A stretch of DNA of 32,000 nucleotides from Labilithrix sp. (lineage in GTDB: Bacteria; Myxococcota_A; Polyangia; Polyangiales; Polyangiaceae): contig JBGAFW010000042.1 in NCBI GenBank assembly GCA_044227045.1, positions 1 to 32,000 on the forward strand, in the 5' to 3' direction. Below are positions 27,391 to 32,000 of the stretch, piece by piece; position 1 is the first letter of the stretch; every line of letters begins with the position of its first letter. The notes below the pieces were generated by a model. The model had not been told where the DNA came from. It worked only from the letters and a program-made list of their open reading frames with translations, and ran no database searches. The position numbers and the translations under genes are program-made.

Positions 27391-27927
27391 GTGTCTGATG
27401 TGATCGAACGTGAAGGTGGAGAGGGAAACCCGCCGCAGGGTCCCTCCGATGAAGTCACCGACCCGCAGGCCGTACGCGCGCTCGGGTTCGTCCAGATGCT
27501 CATCGAGAAGATGGCCATGGATGCCGAGGTCACGCTCGCTCCAGACGACGGCGAAGGATCTGCCGACGAGATTCGTCTCGAGATCGAAGGCCCCGACGCG
27601 GGGCGCATCATCGGCAAGCGCGGGAGCGTCCTCGAGGCCATCCAGTATTTGACCACGCGCGTCGCCCACAAGCCGGGCGAGCCACGCAAGCACATCGCGG
27701 TCGACGCCGAGGGGTATCGCGCGCGCCACGAAGATCAGCTCGCCGAGATGGCGAAGAAGCTCGCGCGCCGCGTCGCCAAAGAGGGCAAGGTCATCACGTT
27801 CGATCCGATGACCGCGCGTGATCGCCGCGTCGTTCACATGGCGCTCAAGGACATCACCGATGTCCGCACCGAGAGCCATGGCGAAGGGCCCGATCGCCGC
27901 GTGCAGATCATCCCCGTCAAGAACTGA
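27391..27927 (+). CDS. khpB: Jag/KhpB-type RNA-binding protein (KH-R3H)
   Basis: 'GPDAGRIIGKRGSVLEAIQYLTTRVAHK' KH motif, 'FDPMTARDRRVVHMALKDITDVRTESHGEGPDRRVQIIP' R3H motif; follows yidC; GTG start. Confidence 0.93.
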   Translation: MSDVIEREGGEGNPPQGPSDEVTDPQAVRALGFVQMLIEKMAMDAEVTLAPDDGEGSADEIRLEIEGPDAGRIIGKRGSVLEAIQYLTTRVAHKPGEPRKHIAVDAEGYRARHEDQLAEMAKKLARRVAKEGKVITFDPMTARDRRVVHMALKDITDVRTESHGEGPDRRVQIIPVKN

Positions 27928-27962
27928 CCCCGAAGCGCTCCGAAGCGCTCACCATCGTGCCT

Positions 27963-28451
27963 TCACGGGAGCCGATGCTCCTCGTTGACGGCACGATGAC
28001 GTTTGTGGGCGATGCTCGTTCTGCGGCCGTCGCCGGTGATCGCACGAAGCGCGCACGACTCGGCGACGACGCCAGCGCCCGCGAGCTCGCGCATGGCGGC
28101 CGGCGCGTTGCGAAGCTGCACCGACGTGGGAAGCGAGACGCGAACGGGCTCGCCGCGTTTCAGCTCGATGACGGTGACGGGACGTGACTCGCGCAGCGGG
28201 CTCGAGAGATCGACGACGATGAAGTCGCCGGCGAACGCGCGTTGGCTCGTGCGGTAGAGCCACAGGTTCGGACGACGCTCGAGGAGCGTGCGCGCGAACT
28301 CGAGCTCGTCGCACTTGAACGCAAAGAGGCGGCGGCCTTGCCAGGTGGGGGCGAGGCGGGTGACCGCGTCACGACGAGAGAGCGCAGCACGTGGCAAACG
28401 CAGCACGAGCGAAGGCTGCGTGTGCGTCTTGATGGACGACAGAGAAGACAT
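27963..28451 (-). CDS. Hypothetical protein
   Basis: 162-aa ORF with protein-like composition ('LFAFKCDELEFARTLLERRPNLWLYRTSQRAFAGDFIVVDLSSPL'). No recognised domain. Confidence 0.55.
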   Translation of the reverse strand: MSSLSSIKTHTQPSLVLRLPRAALSRRDAVTRLAPTWQGRRLFAFKCDELEFARTLLERRPNLWLYRTSQRAFAGDFIVVDLSSPLRESRPVTVIELKRGEPVRVSLPTSVQLRNAPAAMRELAGAGVVAESCALRAITGDGRRTSIAHKRHRAVNEEHRLP

Positions 28452-28633
28452 GACTCGGATCTCGCAAACGGAGGGACGATGGAGAAGGCGTGGCGCCGCC
28501 GTCAGGAACGGCGACCAGAGATCGTCAGCGTGGCGAGATCAGAACGAGCATGTCGAAGACAGGTATGCGCACGGCATAGGGCGTTCGCAACCCATCCAGC
28601 CGGCGTTTGTCGGGTTGAACGTCAACGCGGCGG

Positions 28634-29989
28634 CTATTTGTCGTCCGAGGCGCGCTCTGCACACTCGGCGGCGCGCTCGAGGAGGAGGTCACGCTCGCGG
28701 GCGTTACGCGTCAGCGAGGCCGCGCGCTCGAGGTCGGCGCGTGCCTCTTCGAAGCGCCCGAGCTTCGCGAGGAGATCGCCGCGAACGCTCGGATAGAGGT
28801 GGTAGGTCGCGAACAGCGGCTCCTTCGCGAGCGCGTCGATCGCCTCGAGGCCTGCCCTCGGGCCGAAGGCCATCGAGATCGCCACGCCGCGATTCAGCTC
28901 GACGATCGGCGACGGCGCCACCTCGCGCAGCGCATCGTAGAGGACGGCGATGCGCGCCCAGTCCGTCTCCGCCGCCGTCTTCGCGCGCGCATGACACGCA
29001 GCGATCGCGGCCTGCAAGGCGTAGAGGCCACGCGCGCCGCCGAGCGCCTCGGCGCGAGCGAGCGCGTCGAGGCCGCGGCGCACGAGGACCGTGTCCCAGC
29101 GCGCGCGATCTTGCTCGAGGAGGAGGACAGGCTCGCCCTTCGCGTTGACGCGCGCCGGAGAACGCGACGCCTGGATCTCCATCAGCGCGACGAGGCCGTG
29201 CACCTCGGGCTCACGCGGCGCGAGCTCGGCGAGGATGCGGCCCAATCGAAGCGCGTCTTCGCAGAGCGCAGGACGCATCCAGTCGTCGCCCGCGGTCGCG
29301 GAGTAGCCTTCGTTGAAGACGAGGTAGATCACCTCGAGCACCGACGAGAGGCGCGTCTCGAGCTCGGCGCCATGCGGGACCTCGAACGGGACGCGCTCCT
29401 CCGCGAGCGTTCGTTTGGCGCGTACGATCCGCTGCGCGATCGTCTCTTCGCGCACCAGAAACGCGCGCGCGATCTCTTCGGTGGTGAGGCCGCAGAGAAG
29501 ACGCAACGTCAGCGCGGCGCGCGCGTCGGATGAGAGCACCGGATGGCATGCGGTGAACACGAGGCGCAAGAGGTCATCGCCGACGTCGTCGTCGGCGGCG
29601 GCTTCGAAGTCGATCGTCGTGACGCTCGGCAGCGTGTGGCCCAGCTCCTCGTGCTTACGCTCGATTCGCTTTCCGCGCCGCTGCGCGTCGATCGCGCGGT
29701 GCTTCGCCGTCGCCATGAGCCATGCGCCCGGGTTGTCCGGTACGCCTTCGGTGGGCCACTGCTCGATCGCGGCGATGAGCGCGTCTTGCGCGAGCTCCTC
29801 GGCGAGGCCGACGTCGCGGACGATGCGCGCGAGCCCGGCGATGACGCGCGCGGACTCGATGCGCCACACCGCGTCGATCGCGCGATGCGCGCGAGCCTTG
29901 TCGTGGTCGCGCTCACGCGCGAGCGACGCCGCGTCGGCTTCATCGCTCGTCGCGTTCGGTGCGCTCGTCGCGTTCGCGTCCGTCGTCAC
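28634..29989 (-). CDS. ECF-type RNA polymerase sigma factor with DUF6596-like C-terminal domain (ECF42-like)
   Basis: Sigma region 2 'VGLAEELAQDALIAAIEQWPTEGVPDNPGAWLMATAKHRAIDAQRR', region 4 'LTLRLLCGLTTEEIARAFLVREETIAQRIVRAKRTL', C-terminal 'VIYLVFNEGYSATAGDDW'. Confidence 0.93.
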   Translation of the reverse strand: MTTDANATSAPNATSDEADAASLARERDHDKARAHRAIDAVWRIESARVIAGLARIVRDVGLAEELAQDALIAAIEQWPTEGVPDNPGAWLMATAKHRAIDAQRRGKRIERKHEELGHTLPSVTTIDFEAAADDDVGDDLLRLVFTACHPVLSSDARAALTLRLLCGLTTEEIARAFLVREETIAQRIVRAKRTLAEERVPFEVPHGAELETRLSSVLEVIYLVFNEGYSATAGDDWMRPALCEDALRLGRILAELAPREPEVHGLVALMEIQASRSPARVNAKGEPVLLLEQDRARWDTVLVRRGLDALARAEALGGARGLYALQAAIAACHARAKTAAETDWARIAVLYDALREVAPSPIVELNRGVAISMAFGPRAGLEAIDALAKEPLFATYHLYPSVRGDLLAKLGRFEEARADLERAASLTRNARERDLLLERAAECAERASDDK

Positions 29990-30067
29990 GCCCCGATCAG
30001 AGCACTGAATCGGAGCGCGTGCAGCTGTCGTGTGCCGGGCCGTGTGCCGAGAGTCAGCGCGAGCGCG

Positions 30068-30415
30068 CTACATCGACAATTCCATGACCTCGCGGACCTC
30101 GACGCCGCCGTGCTGCGCGCCCGGACAACGCGACGCCCACTCCACGGCCTCTTCCTTCGACTTGACCTGGATGAGGTAGTAGCCGCCGATCACCTCCTTC
30201 GCTTCGGCGAATGGCCCATCGGTGACGGTGCGTTTGCCGTTCGTGATGTGGATGCGGCTTCCCTTCGCGCTCGGCATGAGCGCGTCGCCCGCGAGCATCA
30301 CGCCTGCCTTCTTCAAGTCTTGCGTGTACTTCATGTACGTGGCGTGCATTTGCTCGCGCTCGGCGGGGCTAAGCTCGGTCTTCTCGTCGGCGGCGATGAG
30401 GATCAGGTAACGCAT
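30068..30415 (-). CDS. DGPF/YCII-related domain protein
   Basis: 'MRYLILIAADEKTELSPAEREQMHATYMKYTQDLKKAGVMLAGDAL...GKRTVTDGPFAEAKEVIGGYYLIQVKSKEEAVEWASRCP' contains the DGPF motif. CAT start at 30413-30415. Confidence 0.93.
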   Translation of the reverse strand: MRYLILIAADEKTELSPAEREQMHATYMKYTQDLKKAGVMLAGDALMPSAKGSRIHITNGKRTVTDGPFAEAKEVIGGYYLIQVKSKEEAVEWASRCPGAQHGGVEVREVMELSM

Positions 30416-30551
30416 CGTTCTCTCCATGCATGATGTTTGTTCTGGGGGAGTGGCGAGAGGCTCTCTCTCGATGAGGCGTCGATCGAGCGGCGCGAAGATC
30501 GACAAGCCGAAGACGTTTTCTTTCGATTTCTTCGAAGCCCAGAAAAAGAGG

Positions 30552-31652
30552 TCAATCCACGCCGGAGCGGCCATCGTCGGGGCGTCGATCGACCGGGCCG
30601 TCCAGGCGAGGCTTTTGCATCTGGCCGAGCGCCGACAGGCGCGCCCAGGCCGGCGCGAGGAGCTTCGCCTGGCGCTCGTCGTTGCTCCCCACCGCGACGA
30701 TGGCCCGGCGCATCGGCGCGATCGCGGCGCTTGCCGCCTCGAGCGACAGGCATGCGGCGACGTGAACGTGACGATACGCCGGCGACGCCACGATCGGCGC
30801 GCCTGGCGGCGCGATGCCGATCGCGTGGTGGGTGCCGACGAGCGCCCGGCACGCATACGTCATCGTCGCCACATAGCGATCGGAGGCGGCGCGCTCCTCG
30901 GCGGGGAGAGGCCCGCGAGGGATCGCGACGTCGAGGCGCTCGAGCTCGGCGTGCAGCGCCTCGGCGAACGCGTCCGCCGCGTCGCCATCTCCTTCGACGA
31001 GCGCGACGCGAGGGCTCAGGCATCCGCGTTGGTCGAACACGACGACGTCCGCGGCGAGCGCGCGTGCGGCCGCGGCGCGATCGCCGGCGCTCGCGGTCGC
31101 GATCCACGCGATGCCCATCCCCGATCCGTGTCCGCGGACGCGAGCGGCCGTGACGCGGGCACGCACGTCGGCGATCGTCTCGTCGCGTCCGTAGACGTGG
31201 ACTTCATCGCCGCGCACCGTCGTCGCGACGTCGAAGTCATCGTCGATCACGATCGCGGGGTCGCCCGCCGCCGCGACGAGCGCCTTGGCAAACGCGGGAT
31301 CGCGACGCGACGGTCGAACGACGACCCGTGAGGACGCCGCCCGCGCGATCGCGATCGCACGGAGCGCGCCGACGAACACGTTCGAGGACAAGATGACGAC
31401 GACCCGCTCGGCGTCACCTGCGTAGTCGACGAGCTGACCGATCTCGTCGTCCGTCGCGTCGACCTCGAGATGGGAGCCAAGCGCCAGCTCGACGCCCGCG
31501 AGGGAGAGCCCGGTCGACTCCGCGATCGACGCCACGAGCGACGGGCTGCGCTCGGAGGCGATCCGCTTCGCCGCCTCGAGGAGCCTCCGCACGTCGGCGA
31601 CGCGGGCGCTCTTCGTCCTCGCGTTTGCGTCTGAATTCGGCTTCGTCTCCAT
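30552..31652 (-). CDS. Acyl-CoA reductase (LuxC-like) / aldehyde dehydrogenase-fold protein
   Basis: 'VVVILSSNVFVGALRAIAIARAASSRVVVRPSRRDPAFAKALV', 'VVVFDQRGCLSPRVALVEG'. Start METKPNSD at 31652 is preferred over the longer ORF. Confidence 0.75.
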   Translation of the reverse strand: METKPNSDANARTKSARVADVRRLLEAAKRIASERSPSLVASIAESTGLSLAGVELALGSHLEVDATDDEIGQLVDYAGDAERVVVILSSNVFVGALRAIAIARAASSRVVVRPSRRDPAFAKALVAAAGDPAIVIDDDFDVATTVRGDEVHVYGRDETIADVRARVTAARVRGHGSGMGIAWIATASAGDRAAAARALAADVVVFDQRGCLSPRVALVEGDGDAADAFAEALHAELERLDVAIPRGPLPAEERAASDRYVATMTYACRALVGTHHAIGIAPPGAPIVASPAYRHVHVAACLSLEAASAAIAPMRRAIVAVGSNDERQAKLLAPAWARLSALGQMQKPRLDGPVDRRPDDGRSGVD

Positions 31653-31723
31653 CGCTATGGGATCTCGCGCGCTCCTGTTACCCGGCATCCATTGTATCGT
31701 CTCGACGAAGAAACGTTTCGAAC

Positions 31724-32000
31724 ATGTGGCCTCTCTACGTCTCCCAGCTCGCGTCTGCCGCGGAGGTGCACCCGCTAGCGGGCGCGCTCGACGAAACGAT
31801 GGCGCGCCGCGCGCTCTATCGCGCGATCGCTTGGCCCAACGTGCTCCTCGACGCGAAGGACGCGTTCTTCGCCGTCGATCGTAGTCTCTATGAGGCGGAG
31901 GTGCCGAAAGCCCTCCGATCAGGATGCGTGTGCGTCGTCGATCCGACCTGGCCAGGGCTCGCGGCCCTCGATCCCGAAGCACGCTCGCGATGCCTCGTCC
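31724..32000 (+). CDS. Partial hypothetical protein running off the window edge
   Basis: ATG at 31724 opens a stop-free frame to 32000: MWPLYVSQLASAAEVHPLAGALDETMARRALYRAIAWPNVLLDAKDAFFAVDRSLYEAEVPK... Divergent from the acyl-CoA reductase gene. Confidence 0.6.
   Translation, partial: MWPLYVSQLASAAEVHPLAGALDETMARRALYRAIAWPNVLLDAKDAFFAVDRSLYEAEVPKALRSGCVCVVDPTWPGLAALDPEARSRCLV

Overview
High-GC chromosomal window, most likely from a myxobacterium-like (Myxococcota/Polyangiales-type) genome. This placement is inferred from gene content and coding style, not from a search. About 25 protein-coding genes are supportable: a DUF58 protein plus a large membrane protein; a LysR/DoxX divergent pair; a CehA/McbA-type PHP metallohydrolase; several lipoproteins; a TlpA-DUF3570-DUF4266 envelope cluster; two OmpA/thrombospondin-3-repeat outer-membrane proteins; two zinc-ribbon membrane proteins, one with a GltJ/AgmX-like ZnR-GYF-TM architecture; a CAP-domain protein; the conserved rpmH-rnpA-yidD-yidC-khpB(jag) cluster; an ECF42-like sigma factor with its DGPF/YCII partner; and a LuxC-like acyl-CoA reductase. 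I see no CRISPR array, transposase, phage gene, rRNA or convincing tRNA, and no clear defence system. The observations most worth checking are two apparent frameshifts (about 4.6 kb and 14.12 kb), a 15-bp tandem repeat that duplicates a stop codon, a hairpin-rich intergenic region with a candidate promoter and a 33-aa uORF overlapping the next gene by ATGA, an unannotated 38-aa membrane ORF, and a recurring set of GC-rich perfect hairpins just after stop codons.
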